From assembly GCA_963755915.1 (NCBI GenBank), contig CAVWLP010000002.1, positions 3,264,001 to 3,328,000 on the forward strand: DNA of 64,000 nt, read 5' to 3'. Of the stretch, positions 23,701 through 33,834 are shown one piece after another. Each line of letters begins with the position of its first letter. The first letter of the stretch is position 1. The DNA is from an uncultured Phycisphaerales bacterium. Its GTDB lineage: Bacteria > Planctomycetota > Phycisphaerae > Tepidisphaerales > Tepidisphaeraceae. A program made the position numbers and the translations under genes. The notes beneath the pieces are model-generated. The model saw nothing but the letters and a program-made list of their open reading frames with translations. It did not search any database and was not told the origin of the DNA.

Positions 23701-24632
23701 ACACAAACAACGGCAACTATGCCGTTACGATAAACAGCACGCTTACACCCGGCTCAGTGACAGTCAGCAACAGTTTGGGCAATTACACGTTCAGCGGCGC
23801 CGGCAGCATCGCTGGACGCTCCACGACGCTCACCATGAATGGCTCAGGTGTGCTCACTCTTGCCAATACGGGTGTCAATACCTATGGCGGCGGCACCTTC
23901 ATTAGCAGCGGCACGGTGGTGATCGCCGCTGCCGGTGCGCTTCCCGCCGCCAGCAACGTGACGATCACCGGCGGAGCTCTTCAACTCGCCAACAACACCG
24001 GCGTTGAGACGTTGTCGAGCCTTTCGATCAGTGGAAACGGTGTTTTGGATATAGGCAACAACAGCCTGTTCCTGAGTTACCTAAGTGGGTCAGATCCGAT
24101 CGCTTCGATTGCCACATACCTCAAATCCGGCTTCAACGGAGGTGGCTGGAACGGACCCGGCATCATTTCCTCCGCCGCGCAGACGCTCACCAATGGCCTC
24201 CGATATGGCGTCGGCTGGGCCGACGGGGCCGACAATATCGTCTCGGGGCTAAGCTCCGGCCAGATTGAACTGAAGTACACACTTCTCGGCGACGCGAATC
24301 TTGATGGCGTGGTAAACGGCTCCGACTTCTCGATCCTCGCCGCCAACTTTGGCCTTGGTGTCACCAACTGGGATCAGGGCAATTTCCTATATGGTAGCTC
24401 CGTCAACGGCTCGGATTTCTCGGCTCTGGCCGCCAACTTTGGTCAGGGGGACAGTGGCCCGGATACCAGCATACTTGCCAGCGATCTGACCGCGATCGAT
24501 GCTTTCGCCGTAGCCAACGGCCTCCCGCTGCCGACATTCCATATCGTTCCCGAACCAATGTCTGGCGGATTGCTGGCCTTCGCCGGAATCGCAGCTATCG
24601 GCCGAAGAAAACGAAAAGCCGCGAGCCATTGA
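20709..24632 (+). CDS. Multidomain surface protein: GHL10-like barrel, HEAT repeats, beta-sandwich, autotransporter-type beta repeat, dockerin-like module, PEP-CTERM
   Basis: STGDNL...YDGVLFMSYQENF; VRLALTALG and VRRYAVDALG; NTYGGGTFISSGT; GDANLDGVVNGSDF; VPEP...RRKRK. Confidence 0.85.
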   Translation: MPFLHNSLSPRTKRILFLAAAAGLSNCIARPSIVMAQYNADQYVSTGDNLLEGQDLPMDDAAAITDSFNLMKALYGTQTVYWRGLQESSYVDTVPRTDNVYINSVVQNSTNLLNNQNLNQTAVQIAHSLGMQIWGTTQLYDWGVPANDSIFYGYPGDYQTTFAAQNPQWAPVNQYGNEVQGGALELAYAGARSDILNWTMNAVNQAGYDGVLFMSYQENFTNKYNNEFGYSAPVVNAYEQMYGVNILTNPNFNQQEWYNLRGSYTTTFLGQMESALSSDGKQLGMALGATNPSQGTYWDGETFADAGNMTLAWQTWAQQGDVNRLVVWGSDPDTFNTVVAGVQGTGVQVSMVTSQPYASSVQPVGTEGGNIIGAMNTDVEYLLDSNMATQPISALSSSNEYQRMHVLAQIAAGQTTATSAEVLPLLNDSNIITVRLALTALGTIADPSSVSSIEGELTNSEEAIRTAAVYALEGVNGPNSAQAILNAVAEYGEPNFDTGAVAVLSDISTDLPLLQSSMSSSNNLVRDIAMQSIYSFTGAVPSSMLSTITAGLSDSQEYVRRYAVDALGRISDDPTGVSTLMGLLTNTDPDLSDQAASTLSTMLITHDPAAAADRSQIVTDITALFEQFDTGSTRSDASWGYEPVGEALKALVPDGLTQLVDLMNQRNDETISMNAWNIIYEPQTPGSLPSMTQAQDAYAQFKAPVWTSTVASADSFDTKVNGSQINGQTDQLGNTWTVVQGNASGQTIQSTVNHGGQALETTAPVGGNTLITLASNGFYGQARGLSTYIAKADMLRPTTTDLTTFGVDVGTASTEAQVTIGANSYYEVWETNGTANGGSYVPTNFQAGTGGWENIQIVIHWNAVAGLATSGDSTITGDYDVYLSCAAGDSLGYLPQTMIASDIPLYNVTEQMAQSLFISDQSNGVNGVTTYWDNVSLTLAPATGTASVPMTPLSWDNAGAATGFGTDTVWDTGVSQNWSNGSGYPTTYADGSPVTFNDTNNGNYAVTINSTLTPGSVTVSNSLGNYTFSGAGSIAGRSTTLTMNGSGVLTLANTGVNTYGGGTFISSGTVVIAAAGALPAASNVTITGGALQLANNTGVETLSSLSISGNGVLDIGNNSLFLSYLSGSDPIASIATYLKSGFNGGGWNGPGIISSAAQTLTNGLRYGVGWADGADNIVSGLSSGQIELKYTLLGDANLDGVVNGSDFSILAANFGLGVTNWDQGNFLYGSSVNGSDFSALAANFGQGDSGPDTSILASDLTAIDAFAVANGLPLPTFHIVPEPMSGGLLAFAGIAAIGRRKRKAASH

Positions 24633-24659
24633 GGGTTTTCTGTTCCTGAGGCTCTGGGA

Positions 24660-27221
24660 ATGAACTTTCGCGATGTCACTGTGCTTTATCCATTCACCGC
24701 AAATCCTGCGAATGTAACTCGATCTTTTTTTCGCCGCGGAAGTTGCTTCCTTACCTGGCTGAGCTCCCGCCGCGGCATCATCCTGAGCATCAGCTTCAGT
24801 CTCATCTTTTGCAGCACGGCTTTTTGTCAGGTCAATTATGAACTGACGGTTACGCCCGTGTATGGCAGGATGTACCCAGCGGATTGCTTCGTACCGATTC
24901 GCATCGACGCCAGAAATAACACTGACAGCCCGGTCGATGGCGCAATCATTATTCCGGTCAATGAGCCCAACGCTGCAACCGACTTTCGGGTACCGATTTA
25001 CTCTCCCGCCCGCAGCCTGGTCATTCTGAATGCATATGCATATCTGCCGGCCAAGGTACTGGGCAAACTGAATGAAGGATCGGGATCTGTTCCCGTCGCG
25101 ATGGCCGAGTGGCACAATGCCCAGGGGGCGACCCTGTCGCGCACTGAGGTTCTCGGCCGGCCCGATACGGCAGATCGGCGCGATGTTACGGACACGGGAG
25201 GTTTCCTGATCCTTTCGGTTACCAACGGGCCGGAAGGCCAGTTGAGTGACAATCAAGCGATTCGACAGCTTTCGCAGTTTATCGCTGCGCAGTCGCCGTG
25301 TGCCGTCAATCTGGGAACCGCCACGGCAGAACAGTTGCCACGCCATTGCGCCGGTTATGACGCCGTGCGAGCCATTGTCTTCGATGGGGCCAGTCCCGAT
25401 TCCCTTGACGTAAGTCAGCGAGAGACAATCCTGGAATACCTTCGGCGCGGCGGCACCCTGATCCTGCCCGCGCCTATGGACAATGCCGATCCAACTGGCA
25501 CCTGGCTTGAGCCGTACTTTCCGGTTCAAATTATCGGCAGCCGCGAAATCGATCAGATAATTCCGGCCGGAGATTCGACTGGTGTGGCGCCGGCTCCGCT
25601 AAAGTTCACCAAACATCTAAAAATTGTGGAAGCGATTGACGGCGCCGGCGAAGTACTGCTTCGCGATCGCGACTACGTTCATATTGCCGTTCGTCACATC
25701 GGGCTGGGTCAAATCGTGTTTACCAGCTTTCCGCTTGGTGCCCTCGATTGCTCTGATCAGCGAGTGGCACATTTGTGGCAAACGATTTTGAACCTGCGCG
25801 AGCCAACACAAGAGTTTACCAACACAAGTCTGGGGCAGCATCGCGACGACATCCTGGAATCGATGATCGGCGCGCCGGTATCGCCGTGGTCGTATGCGGC
25901 AGCGATTGTGGGCGTCTACATTCTGCTGACGATGCTGTTTCAATTGTTCGGCCGCGAGGCTCGAAGACCGGCGGCATTCATCGCCGGAACGATTCTGGCC
26001 GCTGGGCTGTTCGCCATGCTGATTGGGATCACGTTTATCCGCCAAGGCCGCAGCGAGCCGCTTTCCGCCGCTCGCATCGCAGCGATCGAGCTCGGCCCTC
26101 AAGGCGGGGGAACGCACCAAGAGACAATCGCATTCCTGGGACGAACCGATCCTGACCTGGCGCTAAAGGCCGACATACGCGCCACGCTGCGTCCGGTCGT
26201 CGCGAATGCGAATGATCCGGTAACGCTCGATCAATTGCCCTTCGCCGCCGAGCACGCCGGAGTTTTCAGGGGGCGGGTTGATCGCGTCTGGCAGGTGGAC
26301 GAAGCGATACCGGTAAATTTTGACTTGCGATGCGAATCGCGTTTTACGCCTGGCGGCGTACAAATTAATGTCGATAACGACACGGGCCAAACGCTGCTGG
26401 CGCCGCTCGTGCTGTGGAACCGAAACTGCTATCGCTTGCCCGCGCTGCCACCGGGCCGCTCGAGTTCTATCCTCGCCGAAAAGAACCCGCCCGGCGACTA
26501 TACGAATATGTCGATCATCGCGGGCGAAGAGTCGACCCTTCGTGGCCGAATCCTCGAAGCCGCGATGACCTCTCAACCGCAAAGCGACAATGGCACAGCC
26601 GACGTGCAGCCGCGGCTGGCGGCCTGGCTCGACCCAACGGCGCCGGGATTGGCAGCGCCGATTCTAGACGCTTCTTCAAAGGTCGAGCTGATGAATGCGG
26701 AACTTCTGGTTTCCGCGCCCATGAGCTTGTTGCCAAGTGAACCGAACACCAGGTTCCATGTGCCGCCGGATTTTGTTACCACGTCCATCGGCCACGTTTC
26801 GCGTAGCCCGCTCTTTGACACCTCAACTCAGAGCTGGCTGGGAACCATACTCATTGGAACCTGGGAGGTTGGATTTCAGATTCCACGGGGGATTGGCAAC
26901 GTGAAGCCAGTCATGGCTACTCTCTCAGCAGATCTCGCCGCTTCGCACCATGACATCGTCCTGCGCAGCGGACAGTGCATTGACGGATCGCTGCACGACG
27001 ATCCGGCGGGCCCCGTTGTCGCCGAATGGAAAGAGGCGACCGGGTCGGAGAAGACCACTTTTAAACTCGGTGATGGAGATGTAGATTCCAACGGCTGCTT
27101 GTGGCTTTGCCTTGCCGTTACTGAAGCAGCCACCGACAACGCGATCGCACCTCCCTGGAAATTCAACGACTTGACCGTTGGATTCGAAGTAGAGACTGAG
27201 TCCGGTTATGAACGTCGATAG
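24660..27221 (+). CDS. Membrane-anchored ABC-associated protein with a class I glutamine-amidotransferase-like domain
   Basis: GYDAVRAIVFDG...LEYLRRGGTLIL...GLGQIVF, two central TM helices, adjacent to ABC genes. Confidence 0.65.
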   Translation: MNFRDVTVLYPFTANPANVTRSFFRRGSCFLTWLSSRRGIILSISFSLIFCSTAFCQVNYELTVTPVYGRMYPADCFVPIRIDARNNTDSPVDGAIIIPVNEPNAATDFRVPIYSPARSLVILNAYAYLPAKVLGKLNEGSGSVPVAMAEWHNAQGATLSRTEVLGRPDTADRRDVTDTGGFLILSVTNGPEGQLSDNQAIRQLSQFIAAQSPCAVNLGTATAEQLPRHCAGYDAVRAIVFDGASPDSLDVSQRETILEYLRRGGTLILPAPMDNADPTGTWLEPYFPVQIIGSREIDQIIPAGDSTGVAPAPLKFTKHLKIVEAIDGAGEVLLRDRDYVHIAVRHIGLGQIVFTSFPLGALDCSDQRVAHLWQTILNLREPTQEFTNTSLGQHRDDILESMIGAPVSPWSYAAAIVGVYILLTMLFQLFGREARRPAAFIAGTILAAGLFAMLIGITFIRQGRSEPLSAARIAAIELGPQGGGTHQETIAFLGRTDPDLALKADIRATLRPVVANANDPVTLDQLPFAAEHAGVFRGRVDRVWQVDEAIPVNFDLRCESRFTPGGVQINVDNDTGQTLLAPLVLWNRNCYRLPALPPGRSSSILAEKNPPGDYTNMSIIAGEESTLRGRILEAAMTSQPQSDNGTADVQPRLAAWLDPTAPGLAAPILDASSKVELMNAELLVSAPMSLLPSEPNTRFHVPPDFVTTSIGHVSRSPLFDTSTQSWLGTILIGTWEVGFQIPRGIGNVKPVMATLSADLAASHHDIVLRSGQCIDGSLHDDPAGPVVAEWKEATGSEKTTFKLGDGDVDSNGCLWLCLAVTEAATDNAIAPPWKFNDLTVGFEVETESGYERR

Positions 27222-28155
27222 CGCCAAACCAATATTGAGGACCGAAGCGTTGACCATGCGGTATGGTCAGCACACCGCGTTGTCCGACCTGAACCTGACG
27301 GTCCGCCGTGGCGAGGTTCTTGGTTACATCGGACCTAACGGCGCAGGCAAAACAACGACCTTCCGCATCCTTTGCGGCTTGCAGGATCCGACCAGCGGCA
27401 GAGCGTTTATCGACGATTTGGATGTGACCGGTAACAAAGATCTCATCAAGCAGCTGGTCGGATATCTGCCAGATAACTTTGGCATTTATCCGACACTTCG
27501 GGCATGGGAATACCTGGATTTCTTTGCGGCTGCTTACCGCATTCCGAAGAAAGAGCGGCCGCAGCGGATCGATGCCTGCCTGACCATCGCCAATGCAAAT
27601 GAGTTTCGCGATAAGTTGATGGGCAGCTTGAGTCGCGGCATGAAGCAGCGGGTGGGGATTGCCAAAACGCTTCTGCACGATCCGGCCGTACTGATTTTGG
27701 ACGAGCCCGCCGCCACTATCGATCCCCGCGCCCGAATCCAGATGCGAGAACTCCTGCGCGATCTGGCCAAACTCGGAAAGGCAGTGCTGGTTTCCAGTCA
27801 CATTCTGCCCGAGCTTGCCGACGTCTGCGACACGGTAGCTTTTCTGAATGCCGGAAAACTTGTCGCTTGCGCCCCTGTGCAGGAAATCATGCGGACGGTG
27901 CGGCAGACCCGGCTGATGGAAATTGTCGTGCTCAGCCCCCGTGATCGAGCCATCGAATTGCTCAAAAAGGCGCCGGGCGAGTGGACGCCAATCGCCGGGC
28001 ACCACGCAAATGGCACTTTAAGATTTGATGTTCGCGCCAACGAGCAGCAATTGGCCGACACACTCCGGCTCCTGGTCGAGAACAAAGTTTCCGTTGGAAG
28101 CTTTCATGAGGTTCCCGCAGATCTCGAGGATGCGTTTATGAGCCTCACAAAGTAG
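27208..28155 (+). CDS. ABC transporter ATP-binding protein
   Basis: GPNGAGKTT, LSRGMKQR, LILDEP, VSSH. Confidence 0.95.
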   Translation: MNVDSAKPILRTEALTMRYGQHTALSDLNLTVRRGEVLGYIGPNGAGKTTTFRILCGLQDPTSGRAFIDDLDVTGNKDLIKQLVGYLPDNFGIYPTLRAWEYLDFFAAAYRIPKKERPQRIDACLTIANANEFRDKLMGSLSRGMKQRVGIAKTLLHDPAVLILDEPAATIDPRARIQMRELLRDLAKLGKAVLVSSHILPELADVCDTVAFLNAGKLVACAPVQEIMRTVRQTRLMEIVVLSPRDRAIELLKKAPGEWTPIAGHHANGTLRFDVRANEQQLADTLRLLVENKVSVGSFHEVPADLEDAFMSLTK

Positions 28156-28175
28156 ACCAATGGAACGGACATGAA

Positions 28176-29879
28176 ATGAATCCAGTCTTTCGAAAAGACA
28201 TGCTCGGGCTTCTTCGGTTCCGGCGAATTGGCGCCATCCAGGTTGCGTTTGTCGCGGTAATCGGTGCGCTCGTCATGGCGACCTGGCCACAAAAGGGCGT
28301 CTTTCCTCTTGCGTCGCATGGGCAGGATTCGCTGGTGTTAGATTTGATTGTCGGGCAGCTCATTCTGCTGATTTTGTTTGTTCCGGGCGTGGCGGCGACA
28401 TCCATTACGTCCGAGCGCGAGCAGGGCACGCTTGAAATGCTCTACGCGAGCCGTCTTTCGGCCGGCCAACTTATCTTTGGCAAGCTTATTTCTGCGATCG
28501 GCTTTCCGCTGATTTTACTGTTAAGCGGACTTCCATTCGTTGGGTTGCTGATTTATCGCGGTGACGTTGACTTACCCGTTCTTTTTTATGCGTATTCAGT
28601 TTTGGTGACCAGCGCGGTGCTGCTCGCCATTGTTTCATTGGCCGTCTCCGCGTTCTGCGATCTGGTTTCGACGGCCATCGTAATATCCTATGCGATTGTT
28701 CTGACGTTGTGCGGGGGCGTGCTGGTTCCGGCCGCTATTATGCTTTCCTCGCAGGGCGGAGTGAGTGCCCAGGTCCTGCACGCGGTCCGGAGCATTTCGC
28801 CCATCGCCGCCACGCTGTCGCTCCTTCGTCCGCACTGGGCTGAATTCGGTGGCCGCGCCGGCGGCATCACGCCGAACACCGGAGAATCCATCGCCGGCCT
28901 GCCTCCCTCCTGGAAGATTTTCTTCCCATTTGCCGCCATGTTGAACGTGGCGGGTTTGATCGCACTGATTTTGAAGTTGCGCAAAGCGCCAGGCCGCGCA
29001 AAGGTCGCCGGCGAAAACCTTTCCGCGGGCAAAGGCGCATGGCGCACATGGGCACGCCGAATATTATTCCTCATCGATCCCGCCGCGCAGCGTAAACCGA
29101 TTGGCAGCCTCAATCCAATCATGGCAAAAGAGGTGCGAACGAATCAATTGCGTTCGGGACGCTGGATGATCCGCATCTTTTACGGAGCATTGTTCGTTTC
29201 GCTCGGATTGGCGTCGATGGCTTTGTACGGCGGCCAGACAGAACACGCCGATCTGCTGCATTATGTCGCCGCAGTTTTGATCGCCTTTCAAATTGGCGTG
29301 ATCTCGATGATTGACCCCTCGCTTACGAGCCCCGCGATCACTTCCGAGCTTGAAACTGGCACATTTGAGATTCTCAAACTCACGCCGCTCTCTTCCGGCG
29401 AGGTCTTCTGGGGAAAGTTGCTGCCGGCTTTGGCGCCGGCCATGTTGCCGATTATCGCGTTACTTCCGGCCTACGGCGTCATCTGTTTTGTAAATCCCAT
29501 CTATCTGCGGTCGGTCCTTATGATTTTGCCAGTGTTCGTGATGGCAGTCGCATTGTGCTGCTCAACTGGATTGGCCTGCTCCACGTTCATGAAGAATAGC
29601 ACCAGCTCCACAATCACAAACTATTTTATTATTGCCGGAATAGTCGTGCTGCCGCTGCTGGCGTGGTTGGCCGCCGGTGGGTTTATCGATGTCCGTTTGG
29701 CAAACTGGATAGCGCAGTTCAGCCCGTTTGTGATGTCCGTCAATCTCTTGCCGGATGGCTCCGCCGACATTGCCCGGCTTTTGCCTCAGCACCTGGTGAC
29801 AATCGGAGGAGTCTGTCTGTTCATGCTTCTGCTCGCCAGGGTGCGTCTGGGTCTGCTTCTCCGAAGAGGCCAATCATGA
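28176..29879 (+). CDS. ABC-2-type permease with duplicated permease domains
   Basis: MNPVFRKDM...SITSEREQGTLEML...GKL repeated as NPIMAKEV...AITSELETGTFEIL...GKL. Confidence 0.88.
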   Translation: MNPVFRKDMLGLLRFRRIGAIQVAFVAVIGALVMATWPQKGVFPLASHGQDSLVLDLIVGQLILLILFVPGVAATSITSEREQGTLEMLYASRLSAGQLIFGKLISAIGFPLILLLSGLPFVGLLIYRGDVDLPVLFYAYSVLVTSAVLLAIVSLAVSAFCDLVSTAIVISYAIVLTLCGGVLVPAAIMLSSQGGVSAQVLHAVRSISPIAATLSLLRPHWAEFGGRAGGITPNTGESIAGLPPSWKIFFPFAAMLNVAGLIALILKLRKAPGRAKVAGENLSAGKGAWRTWARRILFLIDPAAQRKPIGSLNPIMAKEVRTNQLRSGRWMIRIFYGALFVSLGLASMALYGGQTEHADLLHYVAAVLIAFQIGVISMIDPSLTSPAITSELETGTFEILKLTPLSSGEVFWGKLLPALAPAMLPIIALLPAYGVICFVNPIYLRSVLMILPVFVMAVALCCSTGLACSTFMKNSTSSTITNYFIIAGIVVLPLLAWLAAGGFIDVRLANWIAQFSPFVMSVNLLPDGSADIARLLPQHLVTIGGVCLFMLLLARVRLGLLLRRGQS

Positions 29880-31588
29880 GACGCAAGGCGATAATCTGGA
29901 TTTGCTTCTCGCTCTGCATGCCGTTGCCGGCCATAGCGATCATGGCAACAACCAATCCATCATTGGATGAGAATTTCAACTTCGGTTATGTCGACAGCGA
30001 GATTCCGCGGACACTGGTAATCAATTTGACGCCTCCGCGCACGGCCGAACTCCTTGGCCAGGCGTTAGTCGCCGACCCTGCTGCACCCAGGCGGGTGGAA
30101 TTGGTGCAGGATCTTGGCCTTTGCAAGCTACCCGGCGCCGTGCCCGCGGTTCTCGCCGCGATGTCCGATCCAGACGCATCGGTGCGTGCCGAAGCGGCGA
30201 CGGCAGCGGCTATGATTGGCGATATCTCTGCCGTTCGGTCAGGATTACAGAAACTGTTGTCAGACAGCTATCCAGCCGTGCGTCGCGAAGCCGTCGTGGC
30301 AGGCGATTCACTGAACGACGCGACATTTGTGACCGCAGGACTGCAGGATCCGAACGAGTCTGTCTTCGCGGCGGCCTGTGCGCGGGCAACAACCTCGCAG
30401 CACTATTTATTAATAGCCGGCCGCTTTCCGTCCCTATCGCAGCAGGGCAAGTTGGCGGCGATACGCGCGCTAGGCTCCCAGGGCGCTGGCGCGTATGCCC
30501 CGCTTGTTGCCAGTGAACTGAACTCAGATGATCTTGCGCTGGTGATCGCGGCAGTAAAGTCGCTGGAAACCATGAATGCGATCTCGCAGCGCGACAAAAT
30601 TGTTCCGCTACTGAATCACCAGCATCCGACCGTCCGGCGTGTGGCAGTCAAAACATTGTCAAGGCTTGCAGACGCCGACGAGCAAATTGCCGTCGCCAAA
30701 AGGATGTTGGCCGACCCGGATTTCTCCGTCCGCCAGGCCGCCGCGGAATTGCTCATTGCCCATCCATGCGCCGACGCCGTACCTTCTCTGCTCCAGCAAC
30801 TCACTGAAAATTACCCTCCCCTGCGCGATTCAGCCCGCGATGCTCTGGTTGCTGCCGCGACATTACCAATCCCGGCGGTCTTTGACTCGGCTACAACATT
30901 GCTCACGAATGCTGATCCCGATCGGCGAGAGGACGGCTCTTATATCCTGGGCCATGCTCATAGCGATGTTGCGCTCCAGCAGCATATCACGCTGCTGAAC
31001 GACGCAAACTGGATGGTGGTTGGCCAGGCCGCCGAATCGCTGGGACAAATCGGGCGTCCCGAAGCGGGTCCGGCTTTGGCCCAACTCGTCGCAACGGTCA
31101 AAGAGTTTGACGAAACGTGGATGTCCAACGGCCGGTTAACAGCCGTTGAAAGCGCCTTCATTTCGCTGGGGCAATTGCATTACAAGCCGGCCCTTCCACT
31201 ATTGAAATGGGTGATGCCTCAGAAAACCGCGTATCCCGCGGAACTTCGCACGCGTGTTATTTGGGCGGCCGGACTCATCGGTGATCCCGAAGATCGGGAA
31301 CTGGCCGGTATATGTCTCTCAATCTCAAACGACAACAGTCCGTTCGAATCGGAAGACGCGCGTTTCGAGGCGATTAAAGCAATTGGCAATCTTCACTATC
31401 TGCCGGCGCTCGATGAGATGCGTCGGCAGGCAACGGAGTCTCCCTTTCCAACGCTTCGATGGATGGCGCACCTGGTCGCTGATCGCATGGCTGGTGGAAT
31501 GCCGACCACTTACACTCCTCCGACAACGACCGTCGTGGCGGAAACGTCCATTCGAGTTCTTCAACCACCAGACGACAACCGTCACTGA
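29876..31588 (+). CDS. Secreted HEAT-repeat protein
   Basis: Signal-like MRRKAIIWICFSL; repeated DPDASVRAEAA, HPTVRRVAV, DPDFSVRQAAA. Confidence 0.85.
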   Translation: MRRKAIIWICFSLCMPLPAIAIMATTNPSLDENFNFGYVDSEIPRTLVINLTPPRTAELLGQALVADPAAPRRVELVQDLGLCKLPGAVPAVLAAMSDPDASVRAEAATAAAMIGDISAVRSGLQKLLSDSYPAVRREAVVAGDSLNDATFVTAGLQDPNESVFAAACARATTSQHYLLIAGRFPSLSQQGKLAAIRALGSQGAGAYAPLVASELNSDDLALVIAAVKSLETMNAISQRDKIVPLLNHQHPTVRRVAVKTLSRLADADEQIAVAKRMLADPDFSVRQAAAELLIAHPCADAVPSLLQQLTENYPPLRDSARDALVAAATLPIPAVFDSATTLLTNADPDRREDGSYILGHAHSDVALQQHITLLNDANWMVVGQAAESLGQIGRPEAGPALAQLVATVKEFDETWMSNGRLTAVESAFISLGQLHYKPALPLLKWVMPQKTAYPAELRTRVIWAAGLIGDPEDRELAGICLSISNDNSPFESEDARFEAIKAIGNLHYLPALDEMRRQATESPFPTLRWMAHLVADRMAGGMPTTYTPPTTTVVAETSIRVLQPPDDNRH

Positions 31589-31607
31589 TCGGCAGAGCAA
31601 TCGCTAG

Positions 31608-32638
31608 ATGAAAGCCGCAATCGTCGAAAAGTCTGGAACGCTGGTCGTCGGGAATGTTCCCCTTCCGAGGATGGGTGAATATGGCGCGCTATGTCGCTTG
31701 CTCTTTGGCACGACTTGCTCCGCGACCGATCAGCACCTGATCGAAGACAAAATGCCATGGAACGTTCAATACCCCATGGTGCTCGGTCACGAAAGCATTG
31801 GCTATGTCATCGAAGTCGGTCCCCGGGTGAGGCACCTGCGTGTCGGCAATCTGGTGACCCGCGTTGGGATGCCCGCCGCCCCAGAAATTGGAATGAACGT
31901 GAGTTGGGGAGGCTTTTGTGAATTCGGGGTCGCGGTCGATTACCGCGCAATGCGCGAAGATGGAATCCCCAGGGAGCATTGGACCGGCAGTCGCATCAAT
32001 CAGGTCATCCCTCCTTCGTCCGACCTCGCCGCCAGCACAATGATCATCACTTGGCGCGAGACCTTGAGCTATGCCCGTCGCGCAGGGGTTTGCGCAGGCA
32101 GTCGCGTGCTCGTTATCGGCTCCGGCGGAACTGGCCTGGCCTTTGTCGCACACTGCAGGAATCTTGGCGCAACGGAGATCGCTTGCCTTGGAAGCCGGTC
32201 GCGGGAATCAAGCGCGATTGCCGCCGGAGCCGGCCATTTCTTTGCCTACGATGCGCCTGCCGTGGAAGATATGATCGAACGATCGTGCGGCCAATTCGAC
32301 TTCATCATCGACTCTCTCGGCAAAGCCGGACAACTCAATCGCGTTTTGCCACTGCTTGCGCCTGGGGGCACGATTGCCGTGTACGGTTTGGATGACTTTG
32401 ATGCGATCGCGATCAATCCTCTTCGCGCAAAGGGACTTTCACCGTCTACGGAGGCGGCTACGACGAAGAAGAGGCTCACGATGAAGTCATCGCAAATATC
32501 GTCGGCGGAAATTTGGACGCGCGCATTTGGCTCGACCTAGATCATCCGTTCGAGCTCGAAAATATAGGCGAAGCCATGGCAGCCGTCCGACAGCGCAAAT
32601 GCATCAAAGCGCTGGTTCGGTTGAGCGATGGGCCTTAA
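31608..32638 (+). CDS. Zinc-binding (MDR) dehydrogenase; 1-nt frameshift near 32432
   Basis: CSATD, LGHESIG, VIGSGGTG. The C-terminus continues in another frame as TFTVYGGGYDEEEAH...IKALVRLSDGP to TAA 32638. Confidence 0.85.
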
Positions 32639-32656
32639 CTGTAATGCGGAGACCTA

Positions 32657-33433
32657 ATGGGAATACTTGATTCTTTTCGACTTACCGGGAAGGTGGCCCT
32701 CGTTACCGGTGGCGCCGGACTCTTTGGCCGTCAGATTGTTCGGGCCGTTGCCGAAGCGGGCGCCAAAGTCTTCGTCGCCAGCCGCGACCTCGCTAAGTTG
32801 AAGCGGCAGGCAGAAGACTTAACCGCCGAAGGGTTGGATGTAACCGCACTCAGCCTCGATCAGGCATCCGAGGACTCCGTTCATAATCTTCTGGCTGAAA
32901 TCCTCAAACCCGCCGGGAAAATCGACATCCTCGTCAACAACGCGGTCCTCCGCACCATGCGAGGCTGGTCCTCAGAATCGCACAAGTTTGCCCAAAGCAT
33001 GGCCGTCAACGCGACCGGATTGTTCATAATGACGCGAACCTTCGGCGATCACATGGCCAAGCAGGGCGGCGGCAGCATCATCAACGTCGGCTCCATCCAG
33101 GGCTGCATAGGGCCCGACCTCACCCTCTACGAAGGTCTCGACCTGGAAACACCGCCGGACTACTTCTTCCACAAGGGCGGCTTGCTCCAGCTCACCCGAT
33201 ACGCCGCCGCCAAACTCGGGCCCAGTGGTGTTCGGGTGAACGCAATCAGTCCCGGCGGATTCCTGTACGGGCAGAGCGACGCCTTTGTCCAGCGCTATGC
33301 CGCCCGCACATTCCTGGGACGAATGGCCAATGAAACCGATCTCGCCGGGATCATCGTTTTTCTTGCCTCCGATGCGTCCGCTTATATCACCGGCGCCAAT
33401 ATCCCCGTTGATGGTGGCTACACTGCCAAGTGA
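32657..33433 (+). CDS. SDR family oxidoreductase
   Basis: TGGAGLFG, NNA, YFFHK, VRVNAISPGG, VDGGYT. Confidence 0.93.
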   Translation: MGILDSFRLTGKVALVTGGAGLFGRQIVRAVAEAGAKVFVASRDLAKLKRQAEDLTAEGLDVTALSLDQASEDSVHNLLAEILKPAGKIDILVNNAVLRTMRGWSSESHKFAQSMAVNATGLFIMTRTFGDHMAKQGGGSIINVGSIQGCIGPDLTLYEGLDLETPPDYFFHKGGLLQLTRYAAAKLGPSGVRVNAISPGGFLYGQSDAFVQRYAARTFLGRMANETDLAGIIVFLASDASAYITGANIPVDGGYTAK

Positions 33434-33834
33434 CTTCGGCGAAATCACGATATCCCCGATGTTTTATTCCAACTCTTCGAAAGGAAACAATGGACGGCGC
33501 CTACGGTCGCCTGCGCCGAGTTTGATCGTATGCTTTCGGAATACCTTAAAGCGGTTCGCCTAATCGAGCGGCAACGTTGACTTTTCCGCCTTTTGAAGTC
33601 AGGTAGGAAACTCTAAGGTGGCGGTATCTGAAGTGCACTTCATATATTGCTCACGTTGCGCGGTGCAAATTCCGCGCACTATGCCCCAATTTCACGTCAT
33701 TAGAGTGACCGATACGCAAACTGTCAGGCATCACTTAAATCACGCCACGTAACATCACTTCAAATGCCGCCATTTTGGAGAGGCGCAGATTCGGTCCGTA
33801 AGCTTCCCGGCTGCTCGCCGGTGGGAGCTTGCGG

